The notes under the pieces: generated by a model
What the model saw: only the letters and a program-made list of their open reading frames with translations
Database searches by the model: none
Told to the model about the DNA's origin: nothing
Source: Amphiscolops sp. MND2022
Lineage: Eukaryota
Length of the DNA stretch: 64,000 bases
Direction of reading: 5' to 3'
Assembly (NCBI GenBank): GCA_964187785.1
Contig: OZ076417.1
Coordinates: 25,110,001-25,174,000 of the forward strand
In this document: positions 42,601-54,622 of the stretch, in pieces
Position numbering within the stretch: the first letter of the stretch is position 1
Layout of the letters: each line of letters begins with the position of its first letter
Made by a program: the position numbers and the translations under genes

Positions 42601-45600
42601 ACTCCTGCTTCGGTTCGGAAAAGAGGGAGATCGTCCAATGGCGGCACTTCCGTAATCAATGACTGTAGGGGATTCGGAAGAGAGACTTCCAATTTGATCG
42701 CTGGTACGTGTGTACAGCTCGATAAATCTGAACGAATTTTGATATTAGGTGTCATAATTGGCATCCAGCATTCTAACGTAATCAGGCAGATGTAACAGCA
42801 TGGAAAAGATGTTGTTTTTGTAGAGGCCGATGAGGCCATTGATTCCCAAAAATTGAACTTGTTGCTTGCTGACGTGATAAGCCAAATTCCGAAACCAAGA
42901 TTCGTAGCTTGTTCGATTGTCGGTAAGTTAATTTTAGTGTCACATACTGAAAGAGCTTCCATGGGCGATTCGAAATATAAAAAGGCCAGACAAGACGAAT
43001 GTCCTATCTCTGTCGGAATAGTCTCGGACCAGATTCGGTATCGTGAAGAGCTGAGGCATCGATCAACTTGACTAGCCGACAGTGGCGAAGATTCCATAAG
43101 AATTTCCGAAGGAAAGTCGCTTTTTTAAAATGGCGAAAGCCGTAGCGAGAACGGATTTCACATTGGTCTGCTAAAATTTGCTGCGGACTACGAGGTTGAT
43201 GTTCTCTAGGTTGCGCGGAAATACCCGAACTCTGGGTTGGAGTCGAAACAAGTTGCCTACCCCTTTCACATGAGTCAAGAATATTTTGTCGTTTAGTAGT
43301 TTTATTTGGCTGAGGGCGGCTGGACGAAGAACTACCAGCGTCTGGTTGTGGCGAAGATCGGAGAAACCCAAAGTTCAGTTGGTTCGAACGCTCTTTTGAA
43401 CGTATAGCTCTCTCTGTCTGTCGAAGAATAAATTCATTTGGAGCAGGACACGGTGGAACTTCATTTTGATCCGATTGTGGGGGACCCGCTTCCTCGTGAG
43501 AGGAATCATCCGAAATGTCACGCGAGGGCTAGTAAGAGGTACCTGCCCCTCAGGTATGACGGGATCCGGAGGTACCACATGTCCACCAACCGGAGGGAGT
43601 GGCGCAACCGGTATGACCAGAGCAGGTGCCATCGGTAGGGGAAATGTCAATCCTACCGTTACAGGAGGGATATCCTGTTCCTCAGAGAGGCCTGGTTTCT
43701 CGTGCGGGGGAGGGTCAAGTAAGCTCGGAATTGCTTCGTCAAAAAGTTGCGGTTCGCCTCGAAATCGCCCTAAATGAGGGTCTCGACGGAAGTCATCAGG
43801 ATTAATATCACGCAAATCATCAACCTGATATTGAGGCGAAACTGTGCGCAAACGTATCCGATGAACACATTGGGTAAAATTCGTGCCAACTTTACGGATG
43901 ATATAATTTGAATTCGTTAGAACTGACTTAACACGATATAACGGTGGCCAAATTGGTAAAAAATTACTCGAAAAGTCTGATTGTGTCATCAATTTAGGAT
44001 TTAAAAGTAAGCAATAAGAGAATTTAGGCAATGGTTGAGCGTCAGCCTTGTAATCGTAGTACGCACGATATTTATTGTACATGATAGTAAGTCGTTGTTT
44101 CGTTTCGGCGAACTTTTTCAACATAGCATCTTGCAATGTTTGAATATATTCGTTGGTAGGTTCAAGGCGTTCTAAGGTCGTGTTGCCAAAGCGGACGTCC
44201 AATGGTTTGATTGGCTCACGGTCATGGAAGAGGACAGTCGAAGTACAGTCTATAGCAAAATGATACGAAGTATTGTGGATGAACGTAGCCAAAGATACAT
44301 ACTTGTGCCAATCATTCCATTGCTCGTTCGTGTTCAATTTCAAAATGCGCTTTAAAGCACTATGTGACCGTTCCACGACACCAACTGTCTGCGGGTGTTT
44401 AAGACTAGCATGTTCAAGACGAATTTCGAGCATTTTTGTAAGTTCGTGCATTAATTCCGAAACAAATGCTGTTCCAAGATCAGAGAGAATTTTTGACGGC
44501 ATATAGCTATGTTGGAAAAAAATGGTCGTGAGTGAGAAACCGGTTGCAACGGCGTTTTGATTTGTTTCGTAGGCGCACGTTTCAATTGTAAGCATTGTAA
44601 ACAATTTCGAACCGTAGATACTAAAACTCCGTGAAACAAGGAAAAAAAACCGTTTTCTAAATTCCTCTATCGTTTTGACAATGAACAAATGACCTACAGT
44701 GCGGGAATGATGCAGGCGGTAGACAAGTTTCCGCCATAAAGATTTTGGTACGCAATACTATTTTTCAGTATGATACATTTACTATCTTGACATGTGAGAC
44801 ACAGCTATTTTTCGCAAAGATTGGGGATTATATTTTCGGTGTTACATTTTTTACTGATAAAATTATTATCAGGAGAATCTGCTAATTAAGGCGATTGTAC
44901 CCATTATCTTAGACATTCAATTTGTCCTTCCAATCCCTTAAATTCATGGGTAAAATATAAAATGAACGAAATCCCCATGTAAAATGCCAGCTCTGTTCGC
45001 ATGCAGTCCAAATCATTTCTTACAAATAAGGGTTCAGTTCTTTTTTTAAAGTATTAAAAATAGGGTATGCAGCTTGCAGTGTATATGACACCATTACTTT
45101 CTTCGACAAGCCCTCACTGCAACATGGGCTCCCTAGACGTTTCTCTTTCAACATGAACTGGGTTCCAGTACGCACGGTCTTCATTTAATTTCATTGCGTG
45201 ATAAAAAGTTGCCACATGTCAATCTCAGAAATTCGAAACAGATGCGCCAAAATCAAAATGTTCCTACAGAATAAAAAAGCCTACAACTTTGATAGACTGA
45301 AACGTTTTGGAATGGTTGGATGTAAAATAGTTGTTCTTTCATAAAAATGATATTGTGTCTTTTCAAGTATCCAGTTAAATAAACTTTCCTTTCGTAGAAG
45401 ACGAATTGAATGGTGCAATAGTTATACAAAATGATGTCTTCTGCATATTCTTTTTGAAAATAACAATACTCAAGTCCTGTGTTCACATCGCAAAAGAGGA
45501 GCAAACCTTTGAAACAGAGGCACCGCAAATCAATTTCGTGTCCAGGTAACATTTTAGCAATAAGAATGTCGGGATATAAGGCTTCTGCGACACAGGGGAG

Positions 45601-47170
45601 CCAATCTTTCTGAGAACCCACCGGAACCCATTTCAAATTGGATGCATACACATTGGAATCTTTATATAGCTTCTTCGGGTCTGTTTCATCTGTAAACACA
45701 GTATGAGAAATATTCGGAAGTGGTCGAAAATGCGGTGAAGATATCCTCGAAAGGACCAAAAATTATGCAATCGAGAAGTCAAATGAAATATCTTTTTCAA
45801 TTTATTTTAAAAAATCGTCCACAAATGCGAGTGCATCTTTGATACAAGGTACAATTTCAACAGCTAATTTGAGAAGAAACCCATCATTAAGCTAGCAGTA
45901 GAGTAAAGATAATGAAGCCAATTTTCTAAAGCTAACCTTTTTTAGCCGATAGATTCTTTGTGCATCGGATATGCAGATCGAAAACTATAGTATCTTCCTC
46001 TTGTGGTTCTAAATTATCGCTATTTTCCCTCCATTTCATTACACGAGGATCAATTTTCAGAGGAACTAAGCCAAGGCGATGGCAGAGAATTTCATCTTGA
46101 ACGATTGAGGTGTTGTTGTAAAGAAGAACCTTCTCTAAAAACAAAAGAACCTTTTATAAAAACAAAATCAGAGAATTCTCCGATAAATTAGGAATTGACA
46201 TTTGGGTATGCACCACCTGTCATTTTTAGTCGCCGCCTGAACTTAAATCTGAAGTCTCCAGACTATCAGTTTTTCAGGTTTTCTTCGTAAAAATCTCAAT
46301 TTTAGCAAGTTCTTTTTACAATCTCTGCCTGAAACTACTCGCCTAGGTAGTACTTACAACCTGGCTTAGCGATCAACGCGGGTTTCTCTGCCTGTTTACA
46401 GGGTCTGGTAAGCAAGATTACATGGACTCGCTGGACCAGAAGCTTTATGTCTGCAAAGGTAGACCAAAGAACCCCCCCGACACTAAGCGACAATTTTCAA
46501 TTCTTTAATCCCTCATTTATTTTTTTTCAGTGGTCTGGGTCGGAATTGTGAGACTTTTTTAAAAAAATTTTCGGTAAATTTTCGTTTTTGATATTTTCTC
46601 TTGGGTAAAACCGTTTTTCGGGTACCGAGGGTGACCTCTACGGTCATGTTTTGCAAGCGTAAGATTGATAAGAATCGTCTCAGTAGGTGTTCTTCAGCAC
46701 ATTTCTATGTGATCTTTAAATGGGGCGTGGACTTGGGACGTTACCGGCTTACTTTCAGTTGGGAAATGATTTCAAACTTTTTCCTTTAAGGCATTGTGCG
46801 CCTCTTGTTTGCATATAGAGCCAGCTATTCAAAAACTATCAAAACCTTGGCAGCTCTTTGACATGGCCTTGTTGAATTTTCAATGGAACTTTGTAGAGCA
46901 TTCACCTATTGCAATAGTTGGTATTTCAGAAAGCAAAACCCGTCGAATAGCATTGGAAATTGGAGCGTCGATGCCGATCAAATCAAACTCCAGCGTGGAT
47001 TCTTCTTCCGAAATTAACTGTACAGAGATTCCCCTGGAGTAACTTTCCGCAGACCAGTGCTTGCTCCCAGCTTTCTCCGGATAATTGCCTGGAAAGTCAG
47101 TTCCAGTAGTGTAGTCAACCGTGTGCTTATTCAGAACAATTTTACTTTTGATTTCTTCTGGTAGAACCAT
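36639..47170 (-). CDS. POLR1C: RNA polymerases I and III subunit RPAC1 (AC40), 346 aa; exons 46906..47170, 45937..46134, 45507..45689, 37400..37611, 36639..36821
   Basis: [79 protein letters not shown]. All junctions are GT-AG and in phase. Confidence 0.95.
38130..39200. repeat. Degenerate tandem array, about 6 units of ~180-190 bp, in POLR1C intron 3
   Basis: Recurrent CGTGGATT(A/G)GAATGTT...GTTGTCCAGTA...ATTGACACCG motifs near 38139, 38318, 38500, 38686, 38879 and 39061. Confidence 0.7.
41389..41720 (-). repeat. Gypsy 3' LTR (~330 bp)
   Basis: Starts TGT directly after the polypurine tract; matches the 5' LTR stub at 44763-44777. Confidence 0.65.
42021..43097 (-). CDS. Env-like glycoprotein, C-terminal part (Cys-rich ectodomain, TM helix, cytoplasmic tail)
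   Basis: 358-aa ORF 3' of integrase with spaced cysteines and a single TM segment [22 protein letters not shown] followed by RR. An N-terminal remnant lies at 43171-43371. Confidence 0.6.
   Translation of the reverse strand: MESSPLSASQVDRCLSSSRYRIWSETIPTEIGHSSCLAFLYFESPMEALSVCDTKINLPTIEQATNLGFGIWLITSASNKFNFWESMASSASTKTTSFPCCYICLITLECWMPIMTPNIKIRSDLSSCTHVPAIKLEVSLPNPLQSLITEVPPLDDLPLFRTEAGVKLMKQVKTELPRGPKPREVKHLEEIARPFASNMKLLKPSLVKEFNQYVPFEVSFMLTLTVFVFSTALHLLFMYIYRRYNLATRVPKIFDDLKRKLSLRQMVDVPTEHENKIPSLQSKHGDRFHFHCASSSKTSDAADASSFPVRSKSIMFDSFGPNEANHLPGNPPGSSPPQRANGFGSLVSQTQMESSTSA
43375..44760 (-). pseudogene. Gypsy integrase, frameshifted and partly deleted
   Basis: LHHSRTVGH...CLQC (HHCC), [18 protein letters not shown]. 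The segment carrying the first catalytic Asp appears to be missing. Confidence 0.85.
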
Positions 47171-47399
47171 CTTAAATTGACAGCAAAGAAAAACTACATT
47201 CAACTCTGAAAAACAATTCGTTATAAATATTTTTTCATTTTACTTCATTTTTTTCTCTTTGTTCGACAGATCGTCGTCATTTATCTAGTGCCGTGTAGGT
47301 CATCATGTAGATATGGCACGCAACCGTGGTCTGCAACCAAAAGGAAACGAAATAAACGATAAACTGTTAGAGACCGATGAAGGTCAAAGGACCATTAGA

Positions 47400-47771
47400 G
47401 GTCAACTAACTCAGACTATACCAGACTGAACTAATTTAGTTTAAGAAGCAGAATCTGTCGTCTAAAAGAAAATATCCCAAGTTCCTTAAAAAGTCGCGTC
47501 GTTTACCAGATTACGTGTCCAGCGTGTGCTGGTACCTACATCGGTCAGACTGTCCGACACCTCTCCACGCGCCTAAAGGAACACGGTTTCAAAAATGCCC
47601 CAGTCAACTTACACTTTCGTTCATGCCAACGGACACTCACGGACGCAGACGCTGTCATAGTTGACTCAGTCAGAGATCCCATTACTCTACTTGCTTTGGA
47701 AGCTGTTTACATCAAAAGAAGAAAACCTACCATCAATACAAAAGATGAATTCAAGTCTCATACTTTACAGT
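47400..47771 (+). mobile_element. Penelope-like element fragment (GIY-YIG endonuclease)
   Basis: Translates as LKSRVVYQITCPACAGTYIGQTVRHLSTRLKEH...LLALEAVYIKRRKPTINTKDE. Confidence 0.85.
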
Positions 47772-50700
47772 ATCAAATCAAATCAGAAAAGAAGTCATTT
47801 TATGATTAAAATATTCTTTCGTCCGCTTTTTCTTTCAGTCTCTGGAGAAAATCAGTTCCAAAATCTTTCCTGATATTGCTGAAAATGTTGTTTTTTCTGT
47901 TCTTCCGTTTCAATGGTTGCCTCTGGACATAGTTGTAGACATCGTAAAGGGCACCATCATGTCTGAGAACATGACCCCAGTGCGCACGTCGTGTTTTTTG
48001 TATAAATGTCGAGAGTTCTTCGGTCTTTGTCAAGGCGTACAGATCATTGTTATGTATAGTTTTCGGGTATCTGATGTTAAGAGCACCTCTCAGCTGTTTT
48101 CTATGGATAATGTTGACTTGGTTGTTGATTGTCACATTGCTTGCCCATGTGCTGGCATTATAAACTAGAACAGATCTCACATATGTGTTGTAGATGGCTA
48201 TTTTTTGGGGAATCTTAATATATGGGTCTTTCCAGATGTCATTGTATTTTGCCATTGCCATCCATGACAATCTTTTGCGGTTATTGATGTCCTCCCCATC
48301 CTCCATAAAACTTCCAAGTTTCTTGATCTTCTCTATTCTGGGTTCTTTGGGGTCTAATTCCATAGTTTCTGTCTTATCTTTGTTCAGTTCCAGTTGGTAT
48401 TTGCTGAACACCTCCTCTGCAGTTTTTGTCAAGGTCTGGAAATTTTCATCATTTTGACATATGAAATCCACGTCATCTGCATATTCTATATGCAATGGCA
48501 GTTTTGATTCATCTCTACTGTAATTGTGTTCAGTTTTCGCCAATGGTTTCCTCAGTCTATCCACATCATCTAGGGCTTGCTGCAAGTAGAGAGTGAATAG
48601 TTTTGGCGACAGACTGTCTCCCTGGGGTGCCCCAATATTTGTTCTAAATGTCTCACCAAGGATTTTACCATTTTTTACAGTCATTGTTGTATTTGTGAGT
48701 AAAATTTCAACCAGCTTGTAATCTCCAGGGTCAAGATAGGGTTACAATTTTTTCAAAAGAAGGTGTCGGTTAACTATATCGAATGCTTTAGACATATCAA
48801 TGCCAACTACTTTCAAGTGCAGGGTCCTCTCCAGACATCCTGCAATGAGTAATTTGTGAATTAGTATTACGTCGCTGGTGGATTTAGCCTGTTGGTAAGC
48901 GTATTGGTACTTATCAATGGCGGTGGGCGTTTGGATCGAATGAATTTGCGCGAATATGCAATCTGTCACTGAGATCGAAGTAAAATGGTCAAAGAAAATG
49001 AGATCGAATCCTTGTTTTCAAATACCTAGCGTTTTCAAATAACAATGTTTTTGGCCGTCGGATATGCCCCCCCCCCATTTCCTCTAATGCCCCGCGGCCC
49101 CTTGGGGCCGCTTATGTTCCCATCTTGCTAAGCGAGGTCGAAAAGGAGCAAAGACTCAGCGGGAACGGAGATCGCGAAGCGATCGTAGTGGGAGCTGGTC
49201 TTTGCGACGATGAGGGCGAGCGTGTATACACCGTATATGATCCCATATTAGGTGGGGAAAACTACCTAAATAATTTCAAACGCTTTTAAACACTTTACAG
49301 GATCAAAAACCTAGCAAAACCGGAAAAATTCGATCTCAAAACCTTCGATCCATTTTCGATCTCGCTTTTCGCTCACACAAAAATTCGATCCAAAAATACC
49401 CCACCCTTATCAATCAGCATGTTCAGCATATTTCTGATTCTATGGAGGACAATTTTAGATAGTTTCCTGTACACTGAAAAAAGAATAAGAGGACGGTAAC
49501 TCGAAGGTTCCGTTGGATCCTTTCCAGGTTTCAGGATTGGGGGAATGAGCCCATGCGTTAGTTCCGGGTCTGATCTTGTGATGTAATCGTTCAGATTCTG
49601 TGTCACTTCCTGAATTGGCAAGGATTTTAGATCTTCTGATTTTAATCCATCAGGTCCTGAGGCACGTTTATTCTTCAGTTGTTTCACGAAATGCTCAACT
49701 TCACTGTTAGTTATGTAATTTGGTTCAATTTTGCTCAACGTTATGTTCTTCTGGTCTTCTTTGTAGAAACACGACTCGAAATACTTTGTGAGTTTTCTGA
49801 TTTCAGGCATTTTAGTTCTTACTTTCTTCTTAGAAAGTATTTTCTTCAAGGCTAGGCTTGACTTGGCTGAGTCTTTGGCTGTGTTGATTTCTTCTGCTTG
49901 ATCAAGTAGCCTTCTGGTTAACAAAAACGCTTTTCTACTTTGATAGCATTAAACACTCTGTTACGGTCTTTTTTCAATTTCAGGATGTTATCTGTGTTGT
50001 TGCATTGATATATTCTTCTTCTCATAGTTTTTTGTTGATGACATAGTTTTTTGTTGATGCCCTTGTGTTTGGAGGGTCCTCAACCGTTTAGGAATAATAA
50101 CCTTTGGAGGGTCCCCTCTGGTGCTATATTTTATTTAAACTGACTGCATTGTACTCAACTTCTGTACTGGTACTATTGTTCAATTTTCAAACATAGCATC
50201 AGAGAAAATTTAATTCTTTCTTCTTCAGATCTTTCTGTTTTATCGCTAATTCTTCGAGTACTTTATCACAATTCGATATCCTCTTTTTGATGGTGGGTCT
50301 TTCAAAGGATTGGTGTCTCATGAACTTCGTATTCACCAATCTGTGGTCCGTGTTGATGTGATTATTAATATAGCTTCTTGCATTTATCATCGATGTTTTC
50401 CGACACATTTTGGCAATGATGTAGTCTATTTGGTTGAAGATCTTAAGGTTGTTTCTTCTGCCTTCCCATGTTGTAATATGACAAGCCCTATGTTTGAAGA
50501 AAGTGTTACAAGTAATGAGGTTATATTCTGTCAACATACTGTAGAGATAGTCACCATTTTCATTTCGTTTTCCTCTGGCAAATGATCCTGTGTGTGTATT
50601 GCAATAATTTTCTTTCTTGGTGTCTTCGACTGATTTTCCGAGTTTCGCATTGAAATCACCAGCAATAACAGTGTCTTGACCTTTCAGTTTCTGCACTGTT

Positions 50701-51200
50701 TTTCCTAAGGTGCTATAAAAGATTTCCGTTTCAGTGACATCCTTCATAGTGCGGCCCATTTGCGGTGCATATACATTGATTATTGTAAAGTTATTCTGTT
50801 TTTTCCTCGTTCTAAAGATTTTTACTCTTTTTTGGGTAATTCTGCTGCAGAACTTTGTTTTTTTTTCCTTTCTGTCATGACAGAGATTCTGTCGCAGATC
50901 TTTTCGAACTTCACCACAGCCAGATTTCTGTTCACAGCAAAACCTAGGCCATAATTGTGGTTTTCTCGTTTTTGCATATGAAATATGTAGTTTGTTTCTT
51001 CTGGATCTTCTAGTTGGTCAAATTTCGTTTCTTGAAAGGCACAGATGTCTATTTCTTTCTTCATCAAAACATTTTCCACATCCACTATTTTTTTCTTTCA
51101 GTCCTCTGATATTCCAGGTACCAATTGAAAAAGAGCGTTTTAGATCATTTGTTTTCATTATTGAATGAAAACAGACAGGTGATCACTCCTGCCTTCCTTT
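47772..51200 (-). mobile_element. Near full-length RTE-like LINE, decayed (APE endonuclease plus RT)
   Basis: ATG at 51158: GTWNIRGL, QETK, GDFNAK, IDYI, DHRLV (APE); GAPQGDSLSP, YADD (RT). (TGATT)n 3' tail near 47772-47790. Contains stops, frameshifts and insertions. Confidence 0.88.
48919..49405. mobile_element. MITE (Mutator-like by TSD length) inserted in the LINE RT
   Basis: 9-bp TSD CTTATCAAT at 48910-48918 and 49406-49414. Imperfect TIRs GG..GTGGG..TTTGGATCGAAT. Removing it restores ...IDKYQYAYQ... in the RT frame. Confidence 0.8.
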
Positions 51201-51980
51201 CTTGGGGCCGCTTATATACCCATCTTCCTAAGCGAGGTCGAACAGGAGCAAAGTTCTAGCGGGAACGGAGTATGCATTCTAGTGCGACACGTGCGCTTCT
51301 TTTCCGACTCTTGGTGCTTTTTGTGTTTGATAGCATCTATCTCTTTCCACCATGGTTATGAAAATGTATGCTTGTTTAGCTTTTTCAGAATCGGATTGTA
51401 TTTTTAGATAACTGATGATGATCTGATGATCGAAAAGCTTCTTTACACATTTCTTTTGAATTTATTTTTTAATTTAGTTTTTTATTGTTGTTTGTAAACA
51501 TTACCTCTTATTTTTATCTTCACTTGACTGAATCACTTTTTCAACATACATCTAAAAATAAAGTATTGACAATAGCTAATCTTCATCAATCCGACAACCC
51601 AGCTACGACCAGAAGGAGCCCAGGCCATAATGGGTTATGGACCCAGCAATTTGGTGAGTTTTTCATTTGAAAAAAAAAACATTTTCTGCTTACTCTCACT
51701 ATGCTCGTCTGATCTTTTTTGCTCTCCAATTTTGCTTTTTGCGACTCGGGGTTCGGGCAGTAAGTTCGATTTTCTAAGTTCGAATTTGAACTAGTGCAAT
51801 AAGTTCGAATGGAATAGTTTCGAGGGCTACGTGGAATCAGGTCTAATGAAATAGATCTGAGAGAGGGGGCAAAACTGAGATTTAAATAAATTGATCTAAA
51901 TAATCAGGTCTGAAAATCTCTTCTAATTTGATCTAATTTGAGAAAAAAAAGTCAATTAGGATCTAAAAAGTGATATAATG

Positions 51981-52180
51981 TATAAAACGTGCCTCGGATA
52001 TGTCCCCATTTCCTCTAGTGCCCCGCGGCCCCTTGGGGCCGCTTATATACCCATCTTCCTAAGTGAGGTCGAACAGGAGCAGAGACCTAGCGGGAACGGA
52101 GATCGCGAAGCGATCGTAGTGGGTGCTGGTCTTTGCGACGGTGAGGGCGAGCGTGCATACATCGCATATGCCTCACATTA
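51981..52180 (+). repeat. ~190-bp dispersed repeat family; other copies at 49058-49240, 51204-51272 and a reverse copy split between 53504-53584 and 60191-60313
   Basis: Shared core CCCCTTGGGGCCGCTTAT...GAGGTCGAACAGGAGC...GGAACGGAGATCGCGAAGCGATCGTAGTGGG. Confidence 0.85.
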
Positions 52181-52539
52181 TATTTTCGCTTTAAGAACAC
52201 ATATTAGATCATAAAGAGGTTAGACCTAAGTATATTAGATACAATTAGATCTGAAAGTTAGACCTAACCGTTAGATCTAATTCCATTAGACCCAAGCAAT
52301 TAGATCAAAGGCGTACACTCCAGTGGGTCGGCGGAAGTAGGTCGGAGGAACGGGATCGAAAATCGGAGTTAGTCCTCAGGTCGACATACCAAATTTTTGA
52401 ATGGGATCGAAACAACTCGGATCGAAATTATTATAACGTTTTCAGATATGTTCACATACCCCTAGCGCCCTGAATGCAGGAGCGAAGCGAAGCGGAGCGA
52501 CTTGCCTTATGGCCATGCCTCAATGTTGCTACTTGGCGA

Positions 52540-53360
52540 AGGGAGCCAAGCGGCCGGTTCGGTTTTCTAAGGAACCGAACCGGCAGATGCTTCCAGGAAC
52601 CGGGAACCGGCCCGGTTACTAAATTGAGAACCGGAACCGGAACCGTGAAGAATCTTTGGAACCGGCCAGGAACCGGTCAAAAAACAGATCATCTAAATAA
52701 TTTAATGAAAACAAAAACACACTGCGTTTATATTGTTTAATTCTATCACCATGAAAAGGTTATAGTATACCACAACCAAAAACAAAAGTGTGTACAAAAC
52801 GTACGATACAGTTCAACACAGCAAACTCAATTAACTCAAAAATGAAAATTACCTCAAAAAATGCTTGTTTTTATTCAAAAATACATTGCGAGAATGATTT
52901 TCGGGTGAGAGTCGGTTTTGAAGGAAGCTTTTACTCAAACGACAAAATGAAAATAGCCTTTCAGGGTCAACACTATCGGGTAGGAAATTTTCCAGGAATT
53001 CCATAATGTCAAACACATCTTTTTCATCGCGAGAATTGAAAACTTGAAATGAAGTTGTTCTTTGCGATATTCTGTAGTGACTAATGGCGCATCATCAGCC
53101 TCCCCCACGCCCACAGGCTCACCCATTTTCAAAATCTAAAAAAAAGAAATGCACATTGCACATTTTGACATTTTCGAAAATTATTTGAACATCAATAAAA
53201 TATAAAAAAATATATCCACCACTTAAAAGTCTTTTAATACCTCTTTAAAACTGAGAACAGAACCGGAACCGAGAACCAAAAGTTTGCCGTTCTACGAACC
53301 GGAACCGGAACCGAATTGCTTGGAACCGGAACCGACCCCGGGTAGCCGGAACCAGAATCG
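52540..53360. repeat. GAACCG/AACCGG motif arrays, probable subterminal repeats of a non-autonomous DNA transposon
   Basis: Dense clusters at 52550-52680 and 53250-53355; ends in ...ACCCTG like a hAT terminus. Confidence 0.5.
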
Positions 53361-54622
53361 GAAACCCTGACAGCCATCCCACTCCAGTTTCGAGAAACCA
53401 AGATCGAACTTTCATATCGGGCAAATCCGGTGTAAACTGGACATCCTTCACACAAGATCCTGAGAGCACCACCGCCTGCAGGGTGTAAAGGATCCTTAAA
53501 ACTGAAATATGGGGCATATCCAGTATATGCACGCTCGCCCTCACCGTCGCAAAAACCAGTTCCCACTACGAACGCTTCGCGATCAGTCGTGTTCCTCGAA
53601 GATCAAAACGCTTTTCTATCAAAGCTAGTATTCACAAAACGGCAAATATCAAAGCACATATCAAAGGGACATCGACATCTAAAATAAAACATATGTCAAA
53701 AACAGGAATATATAATAAAGGCATAAATCAGTATACACATCATCCCCCTTCCAAGAGTTCTCATAGCTACTTGCAAGTGAAGTCGTTGAATCTTGTGTTC
53801 GGTTTCCTGACTCGTGCAGGCCTCCTAATCGGGACCTCGGGAGTAGTAGAAGACTTGACAACCAAACATGAGTCTCTACTAGTAACACATGTCGAAGTTT
53901 GTTCCGCCATTATCGTGGTCGTAGTACCATCTGTAGTTGACCTAGCCGTCACTAGATCAGGGGCAACGGTAGTTGGACAGGCAAAGGGAGCAATTTGGAT
54001 AGTACTCGCTAGAATTGTTCTCTCGGACCCGTCTGAATCTTCCTTAGTGAGCCATGCTGTAATATTGCCCTTCCGAACAACATACCTCGCAGGAAAAGAC
54101 GCAGCGTGAGGTCCAACACGAAAAACTACACGCTCTCCGATGAGATAATTGATGACAGCAGGGAGTCGCATCTTCCTTCCAAACAGAACTTCTGAGGGAG
54201 TCTTCCCTCTCGCGGATGAAGTGTTACGGTGTGTGAACAGGACTCACTGCAAAAATGCATTGAAACTGACACGAAGAGACGAGTTCCATGCCCTCATTGC
54301 TTTCTTTACAGTCTGCACAGCCCGTTCCGCGAGTCCATTACTCCTTGGATTGTAGATTGGACTCTCTAGTTTGGTGCAGCCTTGCGCCTGTAACCACGTG
54401 ACAACTTTGTCGTTGATAAATTCTTTTGCATTGTCGGAAACTAGAGTGTGCGGGACCCCCAATCTCCCAAAAAGGGCGGACAAACAATGTATGACTTTTT
54501 CCGTGGGCCGATCGCCGCATATGAACGCTTCTCTCTAACCAGAACCAGCATCGACAAAAATAACAATGTTGCCTACTTCTTGGAGATAAGCCCAATCTAT
54601 GTGTAGTCCCTCCCATGGTTGC

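Larger units (their letters stand above)
41389..44777 (-). mobile_element. Internally deleted Ty3/Gypsy element with an env-like ORF
   Basis: PPT GAAGGGAGGTAG followed by 3' LTR TGTATCATACTGAAA (41720 downward). The same 15-mer at 44763-44777 is fused directly to integrase sequence. Candidate TSD TTTAC at 41384-41388 and 44778-44782. The outer LTR end is 41389 or 41394. Confidence 0.75.

Noticed and set aside
49058-49240. 190-bp repeat as a tRNA gene or tRNA-derived SINE
   Set aside because: I could not identify a cloverleaf, A/B boxes or a poly(A)/simple-repeat tail.
51630-51645. GGTTATGGACCCAG, similar to the Copia internal-tRNA-Met PBS GGTTATGGGCCCAG
   Set aside because: No downstream gag and no matching LTR were identified; at most a tiny remnant.
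53234-53566. ORFs 53234-53566 and 53245-53544
   Set aside because: Translations of GAACCG repeat arrays and the 190-bp repeat; low complexity, not genes.
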